A stretch of 64,000 bases of DNA from an uncultured Candidatus Saccharibacteria bacterium (GTDB taxonomy: Bacteria > Patescibacteriota > Minisyncoccia > Phycocordibacterales > UBA918), in NCBI GenBank assembly GCA_964469295.1, contig CAYXYJ010000005.1:16086-80085 (forward strand), in the 5' to 3' direction. Within the stretch, counting starts at the first letter, position 1. Every line of letters starts with the position of its first letter. Position numbers and translations under genes: made by a program. Of the stretch, positions 56,413-64,000 are shown in pieces. The notes beneath the pieces were generated by a model. The model searched no databases. It worked only from the letters and a program-made list of their open reading frames with translations, and was not told the origin of the DNA.

Positions 56413-57819
56413 TTAGTCATTGTTTTCTAATTTATCGAGATCACTGTCCAAGATTCCAAGTTGTGTGAGTAAAGCAACATGTTCGTGATTATTTGGATCA
56501 TATTTCCCAACTGAAAATGTTTTCACGATATCCGAGTCCTTGGCAACCAATGTCCAAATTGCTCGATTGCCGAAATATGCCATATCTTTAGGATATATCG
56601 CTCCCGGAGTACTACAAGTACTTCCTCTGAAAATTCTCACACAATCATCATAGGCAGTTTCTTTTGCCATTTCTAACGTTACATCTTTTTTTGGTGAGGC
56701 AATAAGTCGATAATCCGTCATTATATTGTGTGTTCGGTGAAAATCGCGCTTGTTACCATCCAATCCTTTTGCTAAAGCAATAGAAAGCAAACTGGGTACT
56801 CCAGCAAATTCTTTGGCGCCCGTTACTTGCTGTTCAGCATACGTGGCAATTCCTTCTTCTGCTTTGAGATACCGATCTAAACCTAAACCAAGTAATTGTA
56901 GTTTCGAACGCTCGCCGTTCTGGCGCCGAGCAACATGAGTTTTTATTTCATGTTCAATTAAACCATAGAATTTCTTTTTGCTCATATTTCTTACTAATAG
57001 TTTTTCTTCTGATGGCACTCTTACTATCTTGTGTTCTTGACTAACACTAAAATTTGAAATTCCTGTTTCGGTATCAACCACTACATTCCAATCTGTAGCG
57101 TCGATTTCTTGTAAAGCGGCTTTAAATATATCAACCACTTCGTCTACAGATTCCAATTTTCCGGGTATATGCTGACCTTCAGGCAAAATAGATTTATCTA
57201 CACCGTCTTCTAGAACAAACGTAATCGGACTAAAAATTTCATTTAAACGTTCGGTAGCTTGTTTCTTCTCTACATTTTCATTGTTTAAATTCTGTGTGAT
57301 TAAATCTTTTACTTGTGTGACGATATACCCCACATCATCAGTATTTGGCGCACCATAAATAAAATCAGCATATCTTGCAAATTTTCTATCATCACCGTCT
57401 TTCGTAGCACGTAACATTCTGACTGTGGCGATTAATTCATTTATTTTTGTACGATAAATTTTCTTAATCGCTTGGTTTTGCTCCAATTCAAGAATATCTT
57501 CCTTAAGAGACAGTAGTTCCGTCTCACGTTCGTCCAGATTAAAAGATTGTAGTTCTGGATAATCAAGAGTCGGGTTTTCTGTTTCTCCGTCTAAAAATTT
57601 CTTCTTCTCTACTTCACGTTTTTCTCTTGTGCCTACCAACTTTTCATAGTCCTCAAAATTAATAGCTTCAAAGCGACCATACCATCGATAATCCAATTTT
57701 TCCGTTGATTCTGGCTTTTTGAAGTTTTCCATCGTCAATATATTATATAATAAACTTAAAGTATCTGGGTTTTTACCGCAAGAATGTACATGGCATCTAA
57801 AAACGTAACCTTTAGCCAT
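56413..57819 (-). CDS. DUF1704-family protein (flavohemoglobin expression-modulating QEGLA-motif family, putative metallopeptidase-like)
   Basis: IEHEIKTHVARRQNGE...KAEEGIATYAEQ matches the family's H-E-x-x-T-H plus (Q)EG(L/I)A motif. The start may be at 57732. Confidence 0.5.
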   Translation of the reverse strand: MAKGYVFRCHVHSCGKNPDTLSLLYNILTMENFKKPESTEKLDYRWYGRFEAINFEDYEKLVGTREKREVEKKKFLDGETENPTLDYPELQSFNLDERETELLSLKEDILELEQNQAIKKIYRTKINELIATVRMLRATKDGDDRKFARYADFIYGAPNTDDVGYIVTQVKDLITQNLNNENVEKKQATERLNEIFSPITFVLEDGVDKSILPEGQHIPGKLESVDEVVDIFKAALQEIDATDWNVVVDTETGISNFSVSQEHKIVRVPSEEKLLVRNMSKKKFYGLIEHEIKTHVARRQNGERSKLQLLGLGLDRYLKAEEGIATYAEQQVTGAKEFAGVPSLLSIALAKGLDGNKRDFHRTHNIMTDYRLIASPKKDVTLEMAKETAYDDCVRIFRGSTCSTPGAIYPKDMAYFGNRAIWTLVAKDSDIVKTFSVGKYDPNNHEHVALLTQLGILDSDLDKLENND

Positions 57820-57864
57820 TCGCTTACTCTTTTATCACTAAAATTAACCGCGAAAATATTGTGT

Positions 57865-58374
57865 CTAAAATCCCATCACCGGATCGGTGGGAGGATTTTC
57901 GGAGGCGGGAGGCACTGGCACTTCGTCACTCACGGTGGTAGTCGATGTTGTTTTGATACTACTGGTTGTTGTGGCTTCATTCGCTTCTCTTTCATCAATC
58001 ATCGAAGTAGTAGTGGCCGTCGTTGGGGTTACGGCACCCGATTCGACACTGGCAGCGACTTCCCCACTGTCTGGACTGCCCGCGATCATTTCATAAGCAT
58101 GTTGCCGCTCACGATAAATCTGTAACGCTTTTTCTACTACTTGTCCTTTGTACGGTGTTGGTGATGACTCAAGCACAATAATTTCATCATTGGTAATTGA
58201 TACATACAACAAGCGACTCACCAACCCGCCAAGAATCACCATCAAAAATACAATGCTAATACCAACCACCCATTCACGAAGCGGGTGAATGACAATTCGT
58301 TCATGCAAGCTATTTGATTTTCTCACGGTAGCTGACAGCTTTTTTAGCACTTCTGTAATGGTACTCGTTTTCAT
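57865..58374 (-). CDS. Hypothetical single-pass membrane protein with Thr-rich tail (last gene of the pilMNO operon)
   Basis: 169 aa, one TM helix, Thr/Ser-rich C-terminus. Confidence 0.4.
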   Translation of the reverse strand: MKTSTITEVLKKLSATVRKSNSLHERIVIHPLREWVVGISIVFLMVILGGLVSRLLYVSITNDEIIVLESSPTPYKGQVVEKALQIYRERQHAYEMIAGSPDSGEVAASVESGAVTPTTATTTSMIDEREANEATTTSSIKTTSTTTVSDEVPVPPASENPPTDPVMGF

Positions 58375-58379
58375 AATAA

Positions 58380-58895
58380 TTATGGCATTACGGTTACATC
58401 AATTGTTAACGATAACGATACCTTTCCATCAGCGCGAGCAATATTCACCGTATTGATGCGGCTATGATACGGCAGTGATTCAATCGCTTTTAAAAAGTTC
58501 ATCACTCCCCACTCACTTCCGTCCACCGTAAAGCCTGTTTTTAAGTATGCTGGCGTAGTTTCCGTTGCAGGCACTAGCGTCAAATCATTGGTAGACAGGC
58601 GCAATCCCAATCGCGCTGCTAATGTTTCAATACTCGCAATAAAGGTTAAGACATCTGCTTCATTAGACAAAAAATGTGAAGCGAGTACGAGTCGATCAGC
58701 CTCTGAAGCTGCAACAACACTTGCCACGGCTTCCCCGGCTTGTTGTTTTTGGACTTGCTCAGCGAGTGATACTTTTAATAACGCTAACTCTCGACCACTT
58801 TGCTGTACCGAAAAAACCGCATACCCTAATAACCCCACAACCGCTAAGCAGTAGGCCAATGCAGTGAGAAGCATGTTGCGAGTAGTGGTAGTCAT
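58380..58895 (-). CDS. pilO: Type IV pilus assembly protein PilO-like
   Basis: N-terminal TM helix plus a periplasmic domain. Position after pilM and pilN. Confidence 0.5.
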   Translation of the reverse strand: MTTTTRNMLLTALAYCLAVVGLLGYAVFSVQQSGRELALLKVSLAEQVQKQQAGEAVASVVAASEADRLVLASHFLSNEADVLTFIASIETLAARLGLRLSTNDLTLVPATETTPAYLKTGFTVDGSEWGVMNFLKAIESLPYHSRINTVNIARADGKVSLSLTIDVTVMP

Positions 58896-58905
58896 ATAAT
58901 ACTAT

Positions 58906-59451
58906 TTATGGTTTTGGCTCTTCTCCCGCCATCACCGTCATGGTAAACAGCAAATCACGATCTTTGATAAGGCTTGATAGAGGTAGCGTCACATTGCTAA
59001 AGTGAGAATCTAATTCAAGGCCATCTTTAAAATTTGCCAACGATTGTCTCGTGTCCGCTTGGCCAGATACGGTAATAGTAACAGTAGCGTCAGTTATTTT
59101 ATATTCTGTGGTTGTGATTCGTACCCCATTTCCAGCCAATGTACGAATGCGTCCATCGTATTGCGATACAGTTGGTGTCGTCGTAGCAGTATCAGCCAAA
59201 AGTGACGCTTCAGCCATAGCTTTTTCGAGGGCCGCCGTGCCATTATCAAACGTTGCCACACTGGCGGAATTGGCTACCACTTGAGCCGTCATTGATTCAA
59301 GTGCGGTATTCACCAACATGTACGATGGCAAAAAGAGACTAGCGACCACCAGCGCGCCGGTTCCAAACAAAAACAACCACACGGCCACTACTCGCAGATG
59401 ATATTCGCGTTTCAATGACTTTTCAGCAGTCGGTGGAATGAGATTTATCAT
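58906..59451 (-). CDS. pilN: Type IV pilus assembly protein PilN-like
   Basis: MINLIPP...K (the PilN N-terminus motif INLLP), a TM helix, and overlap with the pilM stop. Confidence 0.6.
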   Translation of the reverse strand: MINLIPPTAEKSLKREYHLRVVAVWLFLFGTGALVVASLFLPSYMLVNTALESMTAQVVANSASVATFDNGTAALEKAMAEASLLADTATTTPTVSQYDGRIRTLAGNGVRITTTEYKITDATVTITVSGQADTRQSLANFKDGLELDSHFSNVTLPLSSLIKDRDLLFTMTVMAGEEPKP

Positions 59452-60542
59452 AGTAGAGAAATTGGATTAAACGCCAATCCAATGGCAGTAGCGTAGCCAT
59501 AAGAATGACGCAAATCAATTGGCGGAATATAGTCATTGGTAGAAAAAGCATTTTGCCACACATCACCACGAACCGTCGGAATACCAAGCGTTTCAGTAAA
59601 ATACTCCGGCAAACCTTTTAAATTAGAACTACCACCACATAAAATAATTGACTGAATACGGCGCTCAGATGGCTTGTAGTCTTGATTGTGCCAATACATT
59701 AACCGCGCTGCCAACTCGTCTTTAATAACAGAAATGGTGGAAATAAGCGCATCGTAACTCCGTGTATCATGAACACCTTTAATGAGGCCTTGGGTATTTT
59801 TAATAGTGGTGATTTCTTGCTCACTCACGTCACCAAGTATCTTGCGCAAAATTTCAGATAATTGTCCACCCCCGAAATCAATCGTTGACGTATACATCAA
59901 CACGTCATCCATCACAATCCCCACACCCGTACGCGTTTTCCCAAAATCAACCAACATATGCGCCCCAGAAGTGTTGGTTGGTAAGACCGAACGCAACATT
60001 GCTTGCGATTCAACTTCAAATGACAAAGGTACAAAGCCAGCAGCAACACACGCATCGTAATAATTCAAAATCGTCTCGCGAGGGTACGCCGCCACGGCAA
60101 CACGCCACATTTTATCAGTCGGATCACCCGGCAAAATATCATAATCAAAAAAAGCATCACGCGCTGGAATTGGCACATTTTCTTCAAGTCGAAATTCAAG
60201 TAAATTCCGAATTTCTTTCATTGGTGTTGCCCGCTTAACTTCGGTTTCGAATAAATACGCTCGCTCTTCCGGTAACGATACCCGGATAAAAGTGACACCG
60301 GTTTTGGCTTTACACTCGGTTAAAACAGCCCCCAGTCTTTTGACATCAGCAACTTGTCCTCGCTCTAATACTCCTGAAGGGATATCAATTTCTCCCCAAG
60401 CCAACAACGGTCGACGATTCTTGACCTGGCGACCAAACTGAATATATTTTAGTGACGTGTCTGAAATATCAACACCCATACTCGGCATTTCGAGGAACGT
60501 TGGCGGCGGTATATGCCGCTCCATAAAAGACCATACTGACAT
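59448..60542 (-). CDS. pilM: Type IV pilus assembly ATPase-fold protein PilM
   Basis: Actin-like fold: GVDISDTSLKYIQ, IDFGGGQ, IILCGGSS, and GLAF at the C-terminus. Confidence 0.8.
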   Translation of the reverse strand: MSVWSFMERHIPPPTFLEMPSMGVDISDTSLKYIQFGRQVKNRRPLLAWGEIDIPSGVLERGQVADVKRLGAVLTECKAKTGVTFIRVSLPEERAYLFETEVKRATPMKEIRNLLEFRLEENVPIPARDAFFDYDILPGDPTDKMWRVAVAAYPRETILNYYDACVAAGFVPLSFEVESQAMLRSVLPTNTSGAHMLVDFGKTRTGVGIVMDDVLMYTSTIDFGGGQLSEILRKILGDVSEQEITTIKNTQGLIKGVHDTRSYDALISTISVIKDELAARLMYWHNQDYKPSERRIQSIILCGGSSNLKGLPEYFTETLGIPTVRGDVWQNAFSTNDYIPPIDLRHSYGYATAIGLAFNPISLL

Positions 60543-60593
60543 TACCCGTATTATACGGGTAATGTCAGTATGAACGTAGCGAGCAACCCACAG

Positions 60594-60926
60594 TTATCTG
60601 ATCTTTGTGCCAGGCGGCACCGAGGCAGTCGGCGTCAATAACGCAAGAGTGTCTTCGTGACTACCCGCTAAAATCATTCCTTGACTTTCCAAACCGCGAA
60701 TCGTGCGTGGTGCTAGATTAAGCAAAAACGGAAATTGTTGGCCCACGAGTGATTGCGGATCGGCGATGTATTCACGGATTCCCGACAAAATTTGTCGGGG
60801 CGCCTCTTCCCCTACATCGACCATTAACTTCAATAACTTATCAGCGTCTGGAACGATGTCAACGGTAACAATAGTCCCTACCGCAATCTGTAGTTTGGCA
60901 AAATCTTCGTACGAAATTTGTTCCAT
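60594..60926 (-). CDS. tRNA-binding domain protein (CsaA/Trbp111-like, EMAP fold)
   Basis: ISYEDFAKLQIAVGTIVTVDIVPDADKLLKLMVDVGEE...QILSGI matches the MetRS C-terminal-like tRNA-binding domain. Confidence 0.7.
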   Translation of the reverse strand: MEQISYEDFAKLQIAVGTIVTVDIVPDADKLLKLMVDVGEEAPRQILSGIREYIADPQSLVGQQFPFLLNLAPRTIRGLESQGMILAGSHEDTLALLTPTASVPPGTKIR

Positions 60927-60933
60927 AAAATTA

Positions 60934-61314
60934 TTATTTTTTCTTTGTAAGGTAACCGTCAAGAATCAGAGCCGCAGCTGACGCATCAGTATCGGCTGTT
61001 TTTCCTTGTAACCGTATCGCTGCTTGAGTAGTAAATTGCTCTGGTTCTAAATGCACCGGCAATCCGGTGGCTAACGTAATATCAAGCATCAGTGCCTCCA
61101 CCGCGACATGTACCGCATTAGGCTGGCCATTTTTATTAAGAGAGTGGCCAATAACGATTTCTCCGACACGTTTATCATTAATCAATCCGATAATCACATC
61201 AAGTAATTTGGCGCTATTTGGAACTACCCCGTGAGGAAAGGCCATCAAACCGCTCTCGTCGGTAAAGGCAATCCCTACTTTTTTGGTCCCGTAATCAATC
61301 CCCATCAGTCGCAT
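60934..61314 (-). CDS. ruvX: Putative pre-16S rRNA nuclease / Holliday-junction resolvase-like YqgF (RuvX)
   Basis: LMGIDYGTKKVGIAFTDESG...EIVIGHSLNKNGQ is the YqgF RNase H-like signature. 126 aa. Confidence 0.85.
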   Translation of the reverse strand: MRLMGIDYGTKKVGIAFTDESGLMAFPHGVVPNSAKLLDVIIGLINDKRVGEIVIGHSLNKNGQPNAVHVAVEALMLDITLATGLPVHLEPEQFTTQAAIRLQGKTADTDASAAALILDGYLTKKK

Positions 61315-61374
61315 ATGCGATACATTGTATGGGAAAGGTTACAACAACGCAAAACTACTTTTAAAAACCGTGAG

Positions 61375-61420
61375 AGCACAAAATGAACCAGCGCCAAAAG
61401 GCGCTGGTTCATTTTGTGCC
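61375..61420. other. 46-nt perfect hairpin in the divergent intergenic region between ruvX and the DapD-like gene
   Basis: gcacaaaatgaaccagcgccaaaaggcgctggttcattttgtgc. Confidence 0.6.
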
Positions 61421-61564
61421 CCAACCCAGTATCGGAATTTATCCCAGCAAGCCCACAAGCGTTTTTCGGGAGCTCGGCTGACACCTTCTCGACCCCTCTC
61501 GGTAGGGGCATATTTTTAGCCAAATCGGATAAATCGTACATCCTAAGCGTATTTTCATTTACTT

Positions 61565-61595
61565 TTGTAAAATTAGTAGTATAGTGCCCGCAGGC
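61565..61595 (+). promoter_or_regulatory. Candidate promoter TTTACT-N16-TATAGT for the DapD-like gene
   Basis: -35/-10-like hexamers with 16-nt spacing, about 45 nt upstream of a strong CGGAGGA RBS. Confidence 0.35.
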
Positions 61596-61637
61596 TGTTC
61601 TCAGGCCTTTTTCAACTTCCCAACCTACGGAGGATAT

Positions 61638-62798
61638 ATGGGACACATCATCAACTCTGTCGACGAGTGGTCGGCATGGCTCGAAGAATTTCAAGGGCAG
61701 ACGAACTATCGCAAGGCGATGGCTTTCGGGCTCGGCATCGCCACTGTGAGCAGGACTGGCAATCTGCTTGACACCTTCTACCCGTTTCCGAACTATCGGA
61801 GCAACCAAGGTGCGGCAGCGGTGATGGCCGACGTTGTCGGGTATCAGGGCGGTACCGCCAGCTACCAGATTCAGGTCGGGCAGCTGGTAGACATGCTTGA
61901 TTACTTTCATCCTTTCGAGGGCGACAGGAAAGTGCATGGCAACATCGACGCCATCAAGGCGGTACTGAACACCGTTCAGGGCGGCATGGAAAAGCACGGA
62001 GCAATCCGCGTTCCGGTCGTATGCTTCATCGCCGAAGAGGAAGACGACCCTGGTCCTCAAGGAGTGCCCGATGCTTACCTTCGTCTTCATCTGCTGAGTC
62101 ATCGGCTGGTGAAGCCGAACGGCATCAAGCTCGATGGTATCTTCGGCAAGCTCCCGAACGTGGTGTTCACGAACGAGGGGCCAATCGCGCTCGAAGATCT
62201 GCCGAACCGTCGTCTTGACGCTCTGATGCGGCGTCATCCGCTCCATGTCACGGGAGTGGACAAGTTCCCGCGCATGGTGGACTACGTGGTGCCAAGTGGC
62301 GTTCGTATCGCCGATGCTTCCCGGGTTCGCCTCGGAGCGTATCTCGGCGAAGGAACGACGGTCATGCATGAAGGGTTCGTGAACTTCAATGCTGGGACTG
62401 TCACTGGTGTACCTGAAGGCGACTATCAGCCTCGTGTGATGGTCGAAGGTCGTATCTCGGCTGGTGTTGTGGTGGGTGACCAGTCCGACATCGGTGGCGG
62501 CGCCTCCATCATGGGTACGCTCTCGGGTGGCGGCAAGGAGAAGATCACCATCGGCCGGGGGTGCCTCATTGGCGCCAACGCTGGTACGGGTATCTCCCTC
62601 GGCGACCTCTGTGTCATCGAGGCGGGGCTCTACATCACTGCTGGTATGCCGGTCGTCTACAACGGAACTGCCATGAAGGCGCATGAACTGTCTGGTCGGT
62701 CTGGTCTGACCTTCCGCCGGAACGGCATCGATGGTCGCGTCGAGGTCCTCGACAAGCCGAACGGTGTCGTGTTGAACGACATCTTGCACAAGAACTGA
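61638..62798 (+). CDS. Hexapeptide-repeat acyltransferase, 2,3,4,5-tetrahydropyridine-2,6-dicarboxylate N-succinyltransferase (DapD)-like, GC-rich
   Basis: Left-handed beta-helix hexapeptide repeats (GRISAGVVVGDQSDIGGGASIMGTLSGGGKEKITIGRGCLIGANAGTGISLGDLCVIEAG), with a DapD-like N-terminal domain. About 62% GC versus about 43% background. A strong RBS plus the start at MGHIIN. A terminator follows downstream. Confidence 0.6.
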   Translation: MGHIINSVDEWSAWLEEFQGQTNYRKAMAFGLGIATVSRTGNLLDTFYPFPNYRSNQGAAAVMADVVGYQGGTASYQIQVGQLVDMLDYFHPFEGDRKVHGNIDAIKAVLNTVQGGMEKHGAIRVPVVCFIAEEEDDPGPQGVPDAYLRLHLLSHRLVKPNGIKLDGIFGKLPNVVFTNEGPIALEDLPNRRLDALMRRHPLHVTGVDKFPRMVDYVVPSGVRIADASRVRLGAYLGEGTTVMHEGFVNFNAGTVTGVPEGDYQPRVMVEGRISAGVVVGDQSDIGGGASIMGTLSGGGKEKITIGRGCLIGANAGTGISLGDLCVIEAGLYITAGMPVVYNGTAMKAHELSGRSGLTFRRNGIDGRVEVLDKPNGVVLNDILHKN

Positions 62799-62825
62799 CT
62801 ATCTCGCACCCCGTACCAACGAAGC

Positions 62826-62860
62826 ACCCCGCTTCCGTCTGGTCGCGGGGTGCTTTTCTA
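62826..62860 (+). terminator. Intrinsic terminator (agcaccccgc...gcggggtgct + T-tract)
   Basis: Hairpin then TTTTCTATATTT. Confidence 0.65.
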
Positions 62861-63090
62861 TATTTAGAGCTACAGATCAGACAATTTTTTAATTTCAAAG
62901 CGCACTTTTTAAAAATTCATAGAGCATTATCCGTTGCTCAGAACATTGAGTTTTATACCTATAAGATCCAATTTAATCTGCAGAAAAGATCGTAAACAAA
63001 GACCATCAGAAAGGGTGGTCTTTGTTTTCCAGACTCACTGAGCTTTGTGGGGTGTTAACGCCTCTTAGGAGGTCGGGTATACTCTAAACA

Positions 63091-64000
63091 TGCCTGAAAA
63101 ACGTTACACATTTAGAGTGAGAGAAAATATACTTTACCTAGTCTATTCTGCCGAAGACGTTACTTGGGTTTTTGGAAATTTGGAACTTTCTGGTTCGGCA
63201 AATCTTCGCGGAAAAGTTTTTACAGTAACTGAGGGTCAAATACTTAGTGGTGTCGAACATTTGTCACAAGAAGCAGAGTTTCCAATAGGTCAAAAAGAAG
63301 GTGAGTATTTCAAAATGAACCCACTAACACTGAGTACTCAGAGACCTGTTTTTATACATGAAAGCATCATCGATGATTTAGAGCCAGAAGATTTCTATGT
63401 GCGCCAGCCCTATTTTGAAAGAACTGCTGGTGATGGTTTCTCAATTGGGTCTCAAAACGAAAGGTTTATTCCAATATTCCCAGTGCTAGAAAAAATGTTT
63501 GAGGAAGAGCTGTATTTAGGAGGAGAAAGAGAAAGTAACATTCCATTAGAGACCTTTAAAAAAGCTATTAAAGTTTTACCTGATACAAAAGAGGTCAGGA
63601 GATATCTTGATGCGCGAATTGCTCATATTCTCAGTGAATATGTAACACCAAGAAGAGATTTTGACAGTGACCACTTAAGATTAATTGCACATCGTGAGGC
63701 GCAGCTGATAAACACGAATTCAGTCGCGACATTATTTCAAGAGACTAAAGAATTAAAGAGAGAGATTTTTCAAATTGCTTACAATGAACTTAAGGAGATG
63801 TTGGATAATGATTCTGGACCCATCACAGAAGGTCAGTGGCAGGATAAAATTTTGGATATCATTTTACTTTTGTATCCAAAATACGTCCATAAGGAGAAGT
63901 CTGTAAAAGTCTCTAAAGATCAAGGGTATGGCATCATCGATATTTTGTTGTTTGATGCTGCGGGGTTTGTTGATTTGATCGAAGTTAAAAAGCCCGAGGT
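63091..64000 (+). CDS. Partial ORF (3' end beyond window): PD-(D/E)xK nuclease-fold protein, DUF4263/Shedu-like candidate
   Basis: More than 303 codons with no stop. The C-terminal visible part is QWQDKILDIILLLYPKYVHKEKSVKVSKDQGYGIIDILLFDAAGFVDLIEVKKPE, where D...D.IEVKKP is a classic (D/E)xK nuclease core. This arrangement is typical of DUF4263. Low GC (about 35%). Not in the ORF track because it is truncated by the window edge. Confidence 0.45.

Noticed and set aside
61305-62789. 494-aa minus-strand ORF opposite the DapD-like gene
   Set aside because: It is a shadow ORF created by high GC. Its translation is low-complexity and R/D/H-rich with no motifs. The plus-strand ORF has an RBS, hexapeptide repeats and a terminator.
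46031-62880. Idea that the TAGAGCTAC copies at 46031 and 62872 delimit one 16.8-kb mobile element
   Set aside because: The enclosed region contains core genes (rplS, uppS, ruvX, tRNAs), so it is not a single integrated element. The motif is kept only as a repeated-motif observation.
1-64000. CRISPR arrays, rRNA operons, transposase/IS elements
   Set aside because: No direct-repeat arrays, no rRNA-like conserved blocks, and no transposase or integrase ORFs were seen anywhere in the window.

Overview
This is a gene-dense bacterial chromosome segment, mostly minus strand, with moderate-low GC (roughly 40-45%). It looks Patescibacteria/CPR-like, possibly Saccharibacteria-like: housekeeping-rich, type IV pilus pilMNO, many surface proteins, and long perfect-hairpin terminators. 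The taxon call is an inference only.

Recognisable core genes:
- recA C-terminus
- rpsF-ssb-rpsR
- efp
- metG, glyQS, ileS, argS
- recO, glyA
- a dTMP-synthesis neighbourhood: dut, thyA, two Hint-like HIT genes, a dCMP-deaminase fusion, a cytidylyltransferase-like gene, folA
- secE-nusG-rplK
- class I RNR, with an ATP-cone fused to NrdB rather than NrdA
- mscL, clpB, rplS, uppS, acyP, ruvX
- four tRNAs (His-GTG, Leu-GAG, Val-TAC, probable Arg-TCT) plus a tRNA 3'-end fragment

Most notable items:
1. A roughly 180-aa histidine-phosphatase (PGAM-like) domain inserted inside the catalytic core of IleS.
2. Two GC-shifted two-gene cassettes of unknown function, each flanked by hairpins or terminators. 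One lies between ileS and argS (22293-22845). The other lies between folA and rplK (32206-33527), near the window centre.
3. A standalone, GC-shifted HNH endonuclease.
4. A promoter-to-terminator, roughly 200-nt GC-rich candidate ncRNA (about 2312-2530).
5. A tiny Trp/Arg-rich peptide ORF with its own RBS and terminator, between two paralogous alpha/beta hydrolases.
6. A PD-(D/E)xK Hjc-like nuclease in an AT-rich patch.
7. A GC-rich DapD-like hexapeptide acyltransferase that looks horizontally acquired.
8. A partial DUF4263/Shedu-like PD-(D/E)xK protein running off the right edge.
9. A 9-mer (TAGAGCTAC) recurring 3-4 times.

No CRISPR array or rRNA was seen. All coordinates were worked out by hand and may be off by a few nucleotides.
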